Virus record (IMG/VR): IMGVR_UViG_3300010882_000009
Origin: a virus
Lineage: Duplodnaviria > Heunggongvirae > Uroviricota > Caudoviricetes
DNA: 16,489 nt
Direction: 5' to 3' (one strand)
Within the stretch, counting starts at the first letter, position 1, and the number at the start of each line of letters is the position of its first letter. The notes under the pieces were generated by a model. That model had not been told where the DNA came from. It ran no database searches and saw nothing but the letters and a program-made list of their open reading frames with translations. The position numbers and the translations under genes were made by a program. Of the stretch, positions 7,583-15,724 are shown piece by piece.

Positions 7583-7638
7583 ATTAAACCAAGTTAGGAG
7601 TGAACTATATTATGTTTTAGGGAAGATGCGAGTAAATA

Positions 7639-7666
7639 TTTTCATAGAAAATTACTTCTATTAAAA
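7639..7666 (+). repeat. dif-like junction site 2
   Basis: TTTTCATAGAA-AATTAC-TTCTATTAAAA. Confidence 0.88.
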
Positions 7667-7684
7667 TCTTTGGAGGGATTTAAA

Positions 7685-7807
7685 ATGGAAAAAATTAAAA
7701 TAGAATTAAAGTTAATTAAAACACTGTTGCTTTTAAATTTGACAATGAATATGACGAGTGTTGTGTTAATAATAATCAATTTCCTTTCACTGTCCTCATA
7801 CTGGTAA
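7685..7807 (+). CDS. small hydrophobic protein (40 aa), or a frameshifted gene extending to 7863
   Basis: RBS GGAGG; MEKIKIELKLIKTLLLLNLTMNMTSVVLIIINFLSLSSYW; the -1 frame is open 7720-7863. Confidence 0.55.
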   Translation: MEKIKIELKLIKTLLLLNLTMNMTSVVLIIINFLSLSSYW

Positions 7808-7854
7808 TATATGTTGTAAAGAATATGACTAACAATAATTGCAGAGTCAATATA

Positions 7855-7882
7855 TTTTCATAGAAACTGCATTCTATTCAAA
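7855..7882 (+). repeat. dif-like junction site 3
   Basis: TTTTCATAGAA-ACTGCA-TTCTATTCAAA. Confidence 0.88.
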
Positions 7883-7899
7883 ATCTAAGGAGGTTTAAA

Positions 7900-8100
7900 A
7901 TGTCTAACGATAGAAGAATACTTATTATTGACATAATAGAATCACAGACAAAATGTGTTGATACACAACGTATTTTATTTGGTGCGTTAATGTTAGATGA
8001 TAGAATATGGTGTAAAATTTCAGATAAAGATACTAACGAAAAGTCTATATTATCAATAATGGTTCATATTGTTAATTGCTTAGATTTAAAATTAAATTAG
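7900..8100 (+). CDS. hypothetical protein
   Basis: RBS AAGGAGGT, 66 aa. Confidence 0.75.
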   Translation: MSNDRRILIIDIIESQTKCVDTQRILFGALMLDDRIWCKISDKDTNEKSILSIMVHIVNCLDLKLN

Positions 8101-8113
8101 TGGAGGGTTTAAA

Positions 8114-8455
8114 ATGAATCTTATTTTTGCATTGATCGCTGTAGTATTTACAACTGTTTATGCGGATGTATCTGCATTCCCATGTTATTACGAAAGCAAA
8201 GTTTATTCAAATTATGAGCATAGCTATATATATGGCTATGTATCAAGCGCAGACAATGAATACATTATAATTGACACTGTAGATGGTAATGGATGGGCAG
8301 TTGAAAAGGGTTTTGCCGATTTATCATACGGTGATTGTGTTGCTATATTGTTTGACAATATGGGAACACCAAGCTATATTTATGACGACGAAATAATTGA
8401 CATTATTGTTATTAATTCTGGATGCACAAGATGCTATAATGTATTAATAAACTAA
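8114..8455 (+). CDS. putative secreted or membrane-anchored small beta-barrel phage protein
   Basis: RBS GGAGG; hydrophobic N-terminus; DGNGW...GD...FDNMGT..IYDDEII pattern. Confidence 0.8.
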   Translation: MNLIFALIAVVFTTVYADVSAFPCYYESKVYSNYEHSYIYGYVSSADNEYIIIDTVDGNGWAVEKGFADLSYGDCVAILFDNMGTPSYIYDDEIIDIIVINSGCTRCYNVLIN

Positions 8456-8496
8456 TCAGCAGGAGCCAAAAAATATTAATATAGGAGTGTGCGTAA

Positions 8497-8718
8497 ATGA
8501 ATATACCTGAATGTCTAACCTATATTTATGATACAAAAGACAAAGGATTAAAGCCGTGTCCGTTTTGTGGCAACCATAAAAGTTTAATAATTGAAATTTA
8601 CATTTTGGACAGTTATTCAGTTGTATGTGATTATTCAAACAATGGTTGTGGAGCATCATCTGGACGTAGACCTACGGAATATGAAGTGATAAATACATGG
8701 AATAATAGGGTGAATTGA
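8497..8718 (+). CDS. Lar (restriction alleviation)-family zinc-ribbon protein
   Basis: LKPCPFCG...VVC...GCGA...INTWNNR is the characteristic Lar_restr_allev pattern. Confidence 0.85.
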   Translation: MNIPECLTYIYDTKDKGLKPCPFCGNHKSLIIEIYILDSYSVVCDYSNNGCGASSGRRPTEYEVINTWNNRVN

Positions 8719-8725
8719 GGTAATT

Positions 8726-8917
8726 ATGAAACTATGGATTTTAGTAACATTATTTTTTAGCATAATGCTTTATTTATACGGAAATACCAAAACAGATTTG
8801 CAGGAAAAATACAATCAATCTGAAATGATTCTTGCATCGTTATTATACGGTGGAATTTTATCTGTTGTAGTTTGTATTCTTGTGGAAATAATTGTTTTAA
8901 TTGTTGCAAAGTTTTAG
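8726..8917 (+). CDS. small two-TM membrane protein
   Basis: RBS GAGGT; two hydrophobic segments. Confidence 0.75.
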   Translation: MKLWILVTLFFSIMLYLYGNTKTDLQEKYNQSEMILASLLYGGILSVVVCILVEIIVLIVAKF

Positions 8918-8947
8918 AATTTAAGATATAATAATAGGAGTTGTTTT

Positions 8948-9344
8948 ATGTTTAGTATATTGCTTAAATGCATATATGGAACATACTCAAGAGTAAAATA
9001 TATACTTGCATACAAGAGATTTGACACCAGTATATACGAAAAAATATCGAAGAGATTTTGACATGTCTCTTGTAAATCGTGCGATAGAGATAGTAGAAGG
9101 ACGAATGACGCTATTTGACTGCTTAGACGAGTTTGTGTGTTGTGTAAATATAGATACAGATTTGATAGTCATGGAGCATGTATACAAAGGATCAACATTT
9201 GGTTGGAATATATATGTGAGATCCGGACAAGATTTAAAGCTTATTGAAACATATGATGTGGAAAATGATGCAAATAGCGTTGTAGAAATGATATATGACG
9301 GGCTTGCTTTCGGAGCAACATATTTTATGCTTCCAGATATTTAA
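8948..9344 (+). pseudogene. frameshifted gene, or two coupled ORFs (8948-9061 and 9063-9344)
   Basis: RBS AGGAG precedes ATG 8948 (37-aa ORF); the long ORF is in the +1 frame; A6 run at 9039-9044. Confidence 0.5.
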
Positions 9345-9378
9345 ATAATAATATATATAATAAAAAGGAGTGTTTTAA

Positions 9379-9819
9379 ATGGGAAATAAATTTAACAATG
9401 GTGACATTGTAACGCTTATTAAAACTGGTGAGACTGGTACTATTGCCATATTTCCTAATCGCGTAAGTCCAATTATGAAGTTTTCCCCATCTAGTTACGA
9501 CAATATGGATGGTGTATATTATAACGCAGCCATAGTTAAAGAAGATGAAATAGCTAATGCTTCTACTGAGGAAAAAATTCGCCATATTGAAATAAAGCAT
9601 AACAAATACTATCAACCAATACAAACCCATGTCATAGGCGATTATCAAATTATTGAGGATGAAAACGGGATGTTTTATCCACACTTTAATTTTAATCCAA
9701 TAAATGTCGCCCATAATTCTATTAATTCAGCATTGATAGGTGTGATATGCAAATCGCACTTAGACAGCGATGAAAAACTTAGCGAATATGTATTGTATCT
9801 CTTGGGCATTGAGTGGTAG
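9379..9819 (+). CDS. hypothetical protein, paralogue of 13387-13839
   Basis: RBS AAGGAG; shared EEKIxxIEIxHN...IQTHVIGDYQII. Confidence 0.88.
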   Translation: MGNKFNNGDIVTLIKTGETGTIAIFPNRVSPIMKFSPSSYDNMDGVYYNAAIVKEDEIANASTEEKIRHIEIKHNKYYQPIQTHVIGDYQIIEDENGMFYPHFNFNPINVAHNSINSALIGVICKSHLDSDEKLSEYVLYLLGIEW

Positions 9820-9930
9820 ATTTTTATAATGCTTTATAATATAAGTACGAAATAATAAAATAGTTATAATACGTTAAAATCACATTGCACACTACATCAT
9901 TATTCTAAGCAACAATGTAATATAATCTCA

Positions 9931-9998
9931 TATTTGATAATTGAGAGTGTCGTTCATCATATGTAATAGAATGGACGACTCCCCTGAGTTATTAAATA
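9931..9998 (+). promoter_or_regulatory. long intergenic stem-loop before the RBS
   Basis: TATTTGATAAT/GTTATTAAATA outer stem, GTCGTTCAT/ATGGACGAC inner stem, G-U pairs. Confidence 0.55.
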
Positions 9999-10026
9999 AT
10001 ATTTACAAAATAATAGGAGTGATATT

Positions 10027-10425
10027 ATGGATTATTTAAAAATAATCAATACAAATGTTAAATCTGGATTTATTGCATTAAAATTGCAAAAATCAAATGG
10101 ATTATGGGAAATTGACACAAATCAAGAATTTATCGATGAACATATATTTAGTACACTGGATTATTTATATGAACATTATTATCCTGATTATGACGAGAGG
10201 GTATGTGCAATTTATAATTGTGATGATAAATTTGAATATGGACATGTTAAATTCCCACTTCCATGTGAAATAAGTAGCATGAAAAAAGAAAACGTTGAAT
10301 GTAGTCCAATTGCAATATTTGCAATAATATGTATAGATAACGCCTATAATTATGACAACGGAGAAGGGTATTGTATTTATGCTGTATATAAGTGTGATAT
10401 AAAACATGAGCTAAAAATTTATTAG
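10027..10425 (+). CDS. hypothetical protein
   Basis: RBS AGGAGTG, 132 aa. Confidence 0.85.
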   Translation: MDYLKIINTNVKSGFIALKLQKSNGLWEIDTNQEFIDEHIFSTLDYLYEHYYPDYDERVCAIYNCDDKFEYGHVKFPLPCEISSMKKENVECSPIAIFAIICIDNAYNYDNGEGYCIYAVYKCDIKHELKIY

Positions 10426-10467
10426 ATTAAGCAATGATAATAATTTTATATCAATAGGAGGGTAATT

Positions 10468-10743
10468 ATGCAAAAATTTGAATATCGTGGCAAAGTCACT
10501 ACACATTTATTTTTTGGTAGTGGCGACGGAATGGATATGCGCTTACAGTCTTGTAGTAAAAACAAATTCCCGCGCGATCGTGTTTCAATAGTGACAAAAG
10601 ATGGGGAATTATACTCTAATGTATTTTTTGTTGATGCGAATAAATATGGTGTTGAACATTACACAACTGAAGACCCTGATTGTGGAGAAATAATTTTTAC
10701 AACATTTGATAGAATTGATGTGTTTACGCACAAATCTATTTGA
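10468..10743 (+). CDS. hypothetical protein
   Basis: RBS AGGAGG; the stop codon lies inside junction site 4. Confidence 0.82.
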   Translation: MQKFEYRGKVTTHLFFGSGDGMDMRLQSCSKNKFPRDRVSIVTKDGELYSNVFFVDANKYGVEHYTTEDPDCGEIIFTTFDRIDVFTHKSI

Positions 10744-10809
10744 ATAGAACTTACATTCTATTAAAATATTTACGGTGTTAATTTGCATAGAACATAGCTT
10801 TTATCAAAA
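10739..10809 (+). repeat. tandem dif-like junction sites 4 and 5
   Basis: TTTGAATAGAA-CTTACA-TTCTATTAAAA (10739-10766) and TTTGCATAGAA-CATAGC-TTTTATCAAAA (10782-10809). Confidence 0.85.
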
Positions 10810-10841
10810 AATAAAAAATATAATAAAGGAATGGTGAGTTT

Positions 10842-11081
10842 ATGGATTTTGCCTATGTAGTTAAATTAGCAGACGAAAGTGGTATGGTAATGTTTGTTAC
10901 ATTATCTCCTGACAATATGTATGATAAAATATATAAACATCTTCTTGGCTACATGAAAACTGTATTATTATCAAAAGAAAAAGACGTGAGTTTAGGTTCA
11001 TTTGAGGACTATTGCTACTATCCTGATGGAGATTTTGAAAATAAGATTTATTTGCAAGTTGTCAAAAGCAGTATTAAATAA
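10842..11081 (+). CDS. hypothetical protein
   Basis: 79-aa ORF, GGTGAG upstream. Confidence 0.75.
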   Translation: MDFAYVVKLADESGMVMFVTLSPDNMYDKIYKHLLGYMKTVLLSKEKDVSLGSFEDYCYYPDGDFENKIYLQVVKSSIK

Positions 11082-11120
11082 TTTTAAATAAAAATATTAT
11101 AATAAAAAGGAGATATTTAT

Positions 11121-12008
11121 ATGTGTGTATTTAAAAGTGGAATTATTTTAAAGGATAAAATTTTTATACCAGACTACGATCACCATACAGATATGCTAAA
11201 AGAATTAAATATAGAGGACAATTCCAAAAATGCTCAGTCTATTTTTGTACGGGCAGAACTTATTCCACAAGATAATAATGTCTTTTCTGATATTGCCACG
11301 TGGAGATTTAATGTTGACCAAGATATAGTACCTGACTGGTTTGTTAAAGATTATGAAAAAGAAAGAATGATCGCCGCAGTAAAAGAATGGGGAAAATCAC
11401 GTATTTATATTGGTGTTGACGGATTAGAATTATCAACAGGAGCTAATTATTATTTAAAAGATTGTAAAGATGTTCTATTGCAAGGTAATGTAAATGTTGC
11501 AATGTTGCAAAGTTCAAATGTAGAACAGATGTTAGGTAGCTCCGCTGTAGAAGTGATGAGAGATAGCTCAACTGTAGGACATATGTGGGAAAGCTCAACT
11601 GTAGAAAAGATGTTGGATAGCTCAACTGTGCGTCGGATGAGAGGAAGCTCAACTGTAGGAGCTATGTGTGGAAACTCAATTGTAGAAAAGATGTGGGATG
11701 GCTCAACTGTGCATAAGACATTTGATAATTCAACTGTGTATCATATGGGTGCTAGCTCAACTGTGCATCAGATGTTGGATAGATCAACTGTAGGAGAGAT
11801 GTTTGATAGATCAACTGTGGGGGAGATATTTAATAGGGCAACTATAATTAAGATGAGAGATAGCTCAACTGTATCAATACCAGATGATTATTTTTCAAAA
11901 TATGTAAAACAAGATAGCATTATACTGTATGATAATGCTGTAATAAAAGACAGTCGCACAAAAACAATTTATCATAGTGGAGATTGGAAACTAGTTTTAA
12001 AGAACTAG
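11121..12008 (+). CDS. phage protein with a 9-aa tandem repeat (putative beta-solenoid)
   Basis: RBS AAGGAG; 14 repeats of MxxSSTVxx at 11502-11879; N-terminal MCxFKSGIIL...DHHTDML...FVRAEL domain. Confidence 0.9.
   Translation: MCVFKSGIILKDKIFIPDYDHHTDMLKELNIEDNSKNAQSIFVRAELIPQDNNVFSDIATWRFNVDQDIVPDWFVKDYEKERMIAAVKEWGKSRIYIGVDGLELSTGANYYLKDCKDVLLQGNVNVAMLQSSNVEQMLGSSAVEVMRDSSTVGHMWESSTVEKMLDSSTVRRMRGSSTVGAMCGNSIVEKMWDGSTVHKTFDNSTVYHMGASSTVHQMLDRSTVGEMFDRSTVGEIFNRATIIKMRDSSTVSIPDDYFSKYVKQDSIILYDNAVIKDSRTKTIYHSGDWKLVLKN
11502..11879 (+). repeat. 27-bp coding tandem repeat, 14 units
   Basis: Recurrent AGCTCAACTGT core with 27-bp period. Confidence 0.9.
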
Positions 12009-12041
12009 AGAGAAATCACATTAGTTTTAGCCAATTGGTAG

Positions 12042-12069
12042 TTAACATAGAAACTGACTTCTATTAAAA
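12042..12069 (+). repeat. dif-like junction site 6
   Basis: TTAACATAGAA-ACTGAC-TTCTATTAAAA. Confidence 0.85.
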
Positions 12070-12078
12070 TATAATCTT

Positions 12079-12378
12079 ATGGATGGATTAATTATGATGT
12101 TATTTAAAGACTTTCTTGCTTTTGTGATAAGAGATAAAGAATCTGCGTTATATGAGCATTGGGTACGTGTTGTAATGGGCGGGAATGATGGTAGGATAGT
12201 ATGGGAAGGCAGGGCATGTGACTTTGTGGATGGAAGAGATTTTGGATTTGAAATTACACTTGCATGTAATCTTGGAGACTTCCCTATAGAATCATTTGTT
12301 GGATTTGATCGTGAAAATAATAAGGACGATAAGATGTTGCCAATATATAATAAGCCATATTTAGTTACAGTATATTAA
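12079..12378 (+). CDS. hypothetical protein (true start possibly 12094 or 12097)
   Basis: 99-aa ORF; GGATGGA may be the RBS for the downstream ATGs. Confidence 0.78.
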   Translation: MDGLIMMLFKDFLAFVIRDKESALYEHWVRVVMGGNDGRIVWEGRACDFVDGRDFGFEITLACNLGDFPIESFVGFDRENNKDDKMLPIYNKPYLVTVY

Positions 12379-12412
12379 TTCATTATTTGTTTGTTAAAAA
12401 TGGAGGTTTAAA

Positions 12413-12877
12413 ATGACAACAATAAGACAATTGATTAACAAGTTGACAGAAATTAAATATAACAATCTTAATGCTTATGCTTTAAAGCATGCTACAACGC
12501 CTTGGGAAAGTATTGAACAGGTATTATGGATGACTGGCATTGTAAATAGGTTTCTTTTAAATAATGGTATAGAGATATTTTTAGATATGCCACCACCTTC
12601 TAAAGATTTTTTTGCTGGTCATTTTAAGAGTGGAGCATATCGTAAATTAGATTTTTATATATATGCTACACATAATTTTATTCCAACTAAAGAAATTATG
12701 AAGTATGCGACTATATATGGAGATAATTATTTATATCCAAGAACAAGGTTCTTCGGTGTACCAGAACGACTTGTTAACGAGTTTTTAAATCTCAATAGTG
12801 GTATTGATATTGATATGTCAATAGAAAAAACACATAGATCATGGGCAGTTTTGAAGGAATTAAAAACATTTGCATAG
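12413..12877 (+). CDS. hypothetical protein
   Basis: RBS GGAGGT; the TAG stop is supplied by junction site 7. Confidence 0.85.
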   Translation: MTTIRQLINKLTEIKYNNLNAYALKHATTPWESIEQVLWMTGIVNRFLLNNGIEIFLDMPPPSKDFFAGHFKSGAYRKLDFYIYATHNFIPTKEIMKYATIYGDNYLYPRTRFFGVPERLVNEFLNLNSGIDIDMSIEKTHRSWAVLKELKTFA

Positions 12878-12896
12878 AACGGCTGTTTGATTAAAA
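12869..12896 (+). repeat. dif-like junction site 7 (variant right arm)
   Basis: TTTGCATAGAA-CGGCTG-TTTGATTAAAA. Confidence 0.75.
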
Positions 12897-12923
12897 TAAC
12901 AATAATAATAGGGGGTAACGATA

Positions 12924-13343
12924 ATGGAACATAAATATTATTGTGTATATTGTGGCGAAGGATTTAATTATGAACCTCGTCATGGTGGATTAGCTTGTGA
13001 AGATTGCTATTGTTATGAATGCGATGAGTTACATGAAAATTGTAAGTGTGATTATACGGATGACATAGAATGCGAAGACCCCGGTCTTGTGTGTAATTTT
13101 AAAAAGAGCAATAAGCAAATCTATGAGGAAGCAATCATGGAGTATAATAGGAGATATGCCTTTGATAAAGATAGCGAAATATACTCAATAAGTACCGAAG
13201 CATTTGATATAACAGGCAAAGACATATCTGGCACATATTTCTCAGTACGAGACTACACACAAGGGTATGGTGTAGATGGAGATGGTATATCACATACGAA
13301 TTTATATAACATTATAGAGGAAATAAGAAAAAATAAATTTTGA
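12924..13343 (+). CDS. Cys-rich (Zn-binding) hypothetical protein
   Basis: RBS AGGGGGT; N-terminal CxxC clusters; stop overlaps site 8. Confidence 0.85.
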   Translation: MEHKYYCVYCGEGFNYEPRHGGLACEDCYCYECDELHENCKCDYTDDIECEDPGLVCNFKKSNKQIYEEAIMEYNRRYAFDKDSEIYSISTEAFDITGKDISGTYFSVRDYTQGYGVDGDGISHTNLYNIIEEIRKNKF

Positions 13344-13365
13344 TAGAAGTTACTTTCTATTGAAA
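13338..13365 (+). repeat. dif-like junction site 8
   Basis: TTTTGATAGAA-GTTACT-TTCTATTGAAA. Confidence 0.85.
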
Positions 13366-13386
13366 ATAAAATTGGAGGAATTATTC

Positions 13387-13839
13387 ATGGATTTTTATAG
13401 TGAAGACATTGTAGTTTTATATGGAACAATTGGTAAAGTTATTATAACTAAACACAAAGAAAAACATATGATGTTTATACCTGCTGGAACAAATGGGAGC
13501 AGTATGTCAATATTACAGGAGTATTTAATAGGTAATATTCGACATGCTACGCAAGAAGAAAAAATAAAATACATTGAAATTGAGCATAACATATATTGGC
13601 ATACAGCAATACAAACTCATGTCATAGGCGATTATCAAATTATTCAAGATATAAGGGGGCTGTTTAATCCGTATATAAATTTTATATCAACAAATAAAGT
13701 ATATACATCAATTGAGGCCGCTATGATTGGTGTATTGTGCCATAAGTTGATAGGAGCTGATGAGACATTAAGCAAATATATTTTTAAAATATTTGGAATA
13801 AAGGAAGGTTTTGGTGGCGAACTGATAAATGGAAACTAA
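13387..13839 (+). CDS. hypothetical protein, paralogue of 9379-9819
   Basis: GGAGG RBS at 13374 gives start ATG 13387; shared motifs with 9379. Confidence 0.87.
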   Translation: MDFYSEDIVVLYGTIGKVIITKHKEKHMMFIPAGTNGSSMSILQEYLIGNIRHATQEEKIKYIEIEHNIYWHTAIQTHVIGDYQIIQDIRGLFNPYINFISTNKVYTSIEAAMIGVLCHKLIGADETLSKYIFKIFGIKEGFGGELINGN

Positions 13840-14170
13840 AGTAAATTATCAATTGATAAAGGCGTTTGATAATGGTAGATATTATCCTGATTATCAAGCC
13901 TTCTTAGCTGCGGCATCGTGCCAAGAAGAGCGCGAATATATAGAGCGCATCAAAGATAAGAACATATCGTTTTCATTCAATATGGTTTACGTTACAAAGC
14001 AAGCCTGTTCGCACTACGAGATATTCCAGACACCTTGCAATGAATTCTACCCGTTAGAAAGTTTGCTGGCGCGTATAGGCGATGAATCAAGTCGCAGACG
14101 TTGTACATCCTGTATCTGCCGGACACAATCATATTCTGGTGGCGATATACAGCACTTTCCTATTTTGTGA
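13829..14170 (+). CDS. hypothetical protein, possible Zn-binding (CxH...CxxCxC)
   Basis: Overlaps the previous stop (translational coupling), 113 aa. Confidence 0.8.
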   Translation: METKVNYQLIKAFDNGRYYPDYQAFLAAASCQEEREYIERIKDKNISFSFNMVYVTKQACSHYEIFQTPCNEFYPLESLLARIGDESSRRRCTSCICRTQSYSGGDIQHFPIL

Positions 14171-14175
14171 ATTAA

Positions 14176-14203
14176 TTTGCATAGAAAACAAATTCTATAA
14201 TTA
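14176..14203 (+). repeat. dif-like junction site 9
   Basis: TTTGCATAGAA-AACAAA-TTCTATAATTA. Confidence 0.82.
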
Positions 14204-14215
14204 TGAGGTATTAAT

Positions 14216-14473
14216 ATGAAAATGAGAATACATAAATGCATACGATGCGAGTCAAAAAATACTCGTAATTGTCAAAGAGCAACTAAATTAGGATTTGAAG
14301 AACTCTTAAATGATTTTCCAAACTCTGACCAATCAGACTATATTTTACTTGCTCATATTTGTGATGATTGTAACATGATTTTCTATACAAAAGCAAAAAT
14401 TGAAATATCATATTTAGATGAGCAAGATATTTTATTGGATAAGAATGAAGCAATTAGATTTGGAATAATGTGA
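14216..14473 (+). CDS. zinc-ribbon protein (CxxC...CxxC)
   Basis: RBS GAGGT; CIRC and CDDC motifs; bracketed by sites 9 and 10. Confidence 0.82.
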   Translation: MKMRIHKCIRCESKNTRNCQRATKLGFEELLNDFPNSDQSDYILLAHICDDCNMIFYTKAKIEISYLDEQDILLDKNEAIRFGIM

Positions 14474-14482
14474 ATGAATAAA

Positions 14483-14510
14483 TTTGCATAGAAACACTGT
14501 TCTATTAAAA
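14483..14510 (+). repeat. dif-like junction site 10
   Basis: TTTGCATAGAA-ACACTG-TTCTATTAAAA. Confidence 0.9.
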
Positions 14511-14543
14511 ATTAAAATGGCAAGCAACTAAATTTAGTATTGA

Positions 14544-14619
14544 ATAATCAAATATTAACTTTTGCCACAAATAATATATTGTAAATAAATATTTGTGGCT
14601 TGCGTTAGTAATTGATTAT
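14544..14619 (+). promoter_or_regulatory. long stem-loop (family C)
   Basis: GCCACAAATA/TATTTGTGGC inner stem, ATAATCAA/TTGATTAT outer stem; GGCTTGC motif shared with 16361-16428. Confidence 0.6.
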
Positions 14620-14653
14620 AATAAATTGCCAATATATGAAGGGAGCAATAATT

Positions 14654-15361
14654 ATGTATTCATTAAAAACTGGTGATATTGTTTTTATAAGAGACGCTGG
14701 TAGAGGGCTAGTGGCATACGATAGTTTTGGTAAGGTTATTTTACCTACAAATAAAAATATCCGCGAAGGATATGCGGAAATTGTTAAAATTGTTAAAGAT
14801 GCAGAAAAATATTACAAGGCAGAATTAAAAAATGTAGCACATGATTTACATCATGAAATATCAAAAGAAGAGTTGATGGAAGTTGTAAAGCTACATGGTT
14901 ATAAACTTGGATTTATAGAACCATTTATATCTCCTTATGATGGTATTGAGGAGTTTCAATACTTCTTCTATAATCTTGAAAATGGCAATCTGCTTACAGG
15001 AGAAACATATAATGGTTGTTGGAATTCATTTAATGTTCATATTCACTGTGATGGATTTTTTATAGGTAGGACAAGATATATCCATACATACGGTATGGAT
15101 AAGACTGTTTTAAGATTAACAGATAATTGTCAACTATTTTATGAATATGGTATATTAACATTGGCAAATATGTATGCACAACGCGGACATGGACGTAAAT
15201 GGATGAACAACTCATATTTTAGTTTATGGCATTATGGAGAATCACATAGATACGATGATATACGCGAGGTGGCAAAAACTGCTAATAACCGAATAGCTAA
15301 ATGTCCTGCTGACATATGGGAAATACTTGGAGATGTTAATGGGCTAAAACATCTACATTGA
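14654..15361 (+). CDS. hypothetical protein
   Basis: RBS AAGGGAG before ATG 14654. Confidence 0.88.
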   Translation: MYSLKTGDIVFIRDAGRGLVAYDSFGKVILPTNKNIREGYAEIVKIVKDAEKYYKAELKNVAHDLHHEISKEELMEVVKLHGYKLGFIEPFISPYDGIEEFQYFFYNLENGNLLTGETYNGCWNSFNVHIHCDGFFIGRTRYIHTYGMDKTVLRLTDNCQLFYEYGILTLANMYAQRGHGRKWMNNSYFSLWHYGESHRYDDIREVAKTANNRIAKCPADIWEILGDVNGLKHLH

Positions 15362-15388
15362 TTATAATTAAGAATTATGGAGGTATTT

Positions 15389-15709
15389 ATGGAATCTCAA
15401 AAAATAAAGATTTGTTTTTTTGGTGGAGTGCATAATACAATTAATGTTTTTATATGTATGAATAGCGTAGATGAGTATTACACAGAAAATATATCAGCAT
15501 TACGCAACTTCCTATCTCAGTTTGACGTATGGGATGGAGCTGGATGCTGGGAGAAGGAACGCATAACAATATCATTTGAATTCCCGTCTACAATAATGCA
15601 CTATGTTAAGTGTTCGCACTTCAAATCACTTATTTATAGACAATGTAAAAATGTTGAAATTGAATTTGAATACAAATATTTTGAACATCTCAAAATTAAA
15701 GATTATTAA
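15389..15709 (+). CDS. hypothetical protein
   Basis: GGAGGT RBS before ATG 15389. Confidence 0.8.
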   Translation: MESQKIKICFFGGVHNTINVFICMNSVDEYYTENISALRNFLSQFDVWDGAGCWEKERITISFEFPSTIMHYVKCSHFKSLIYRQCKNVEIEFEYKYFEHLKIKDY

Positions 15710-15724
15710 AAGGAGAGCTATTTT

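Noticed and set aside
9820..9870. Sigma-A promoter from clustered TATAAT hexamers
   Set aside because: No correctly spaced -35 element identified; TATAAT is frequent at this AT content
11502..11879. Diversity-generating retroelement VR/TR pair
   Set aside because: The repeats are tandem and coding, differences are not adenine-specific, and no reverse transcriptase is present
208..14241. All minus-strand ORFs in the track (e.g. 208-390, 776-964, 3614-3916, 9325-9714, 11443-11652)
   Set aside because: They are antisense shadows of + strand genes or low-complexity repeats, with no evident RBS and biased composition
6391..14510. CRISPR or classical integron attC interpretation of the repeated sites
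   Set aside because: Spacing is irregular and gene-sized; there are no RYYYAAC/GTTRRRY boxes or long attC hairpins
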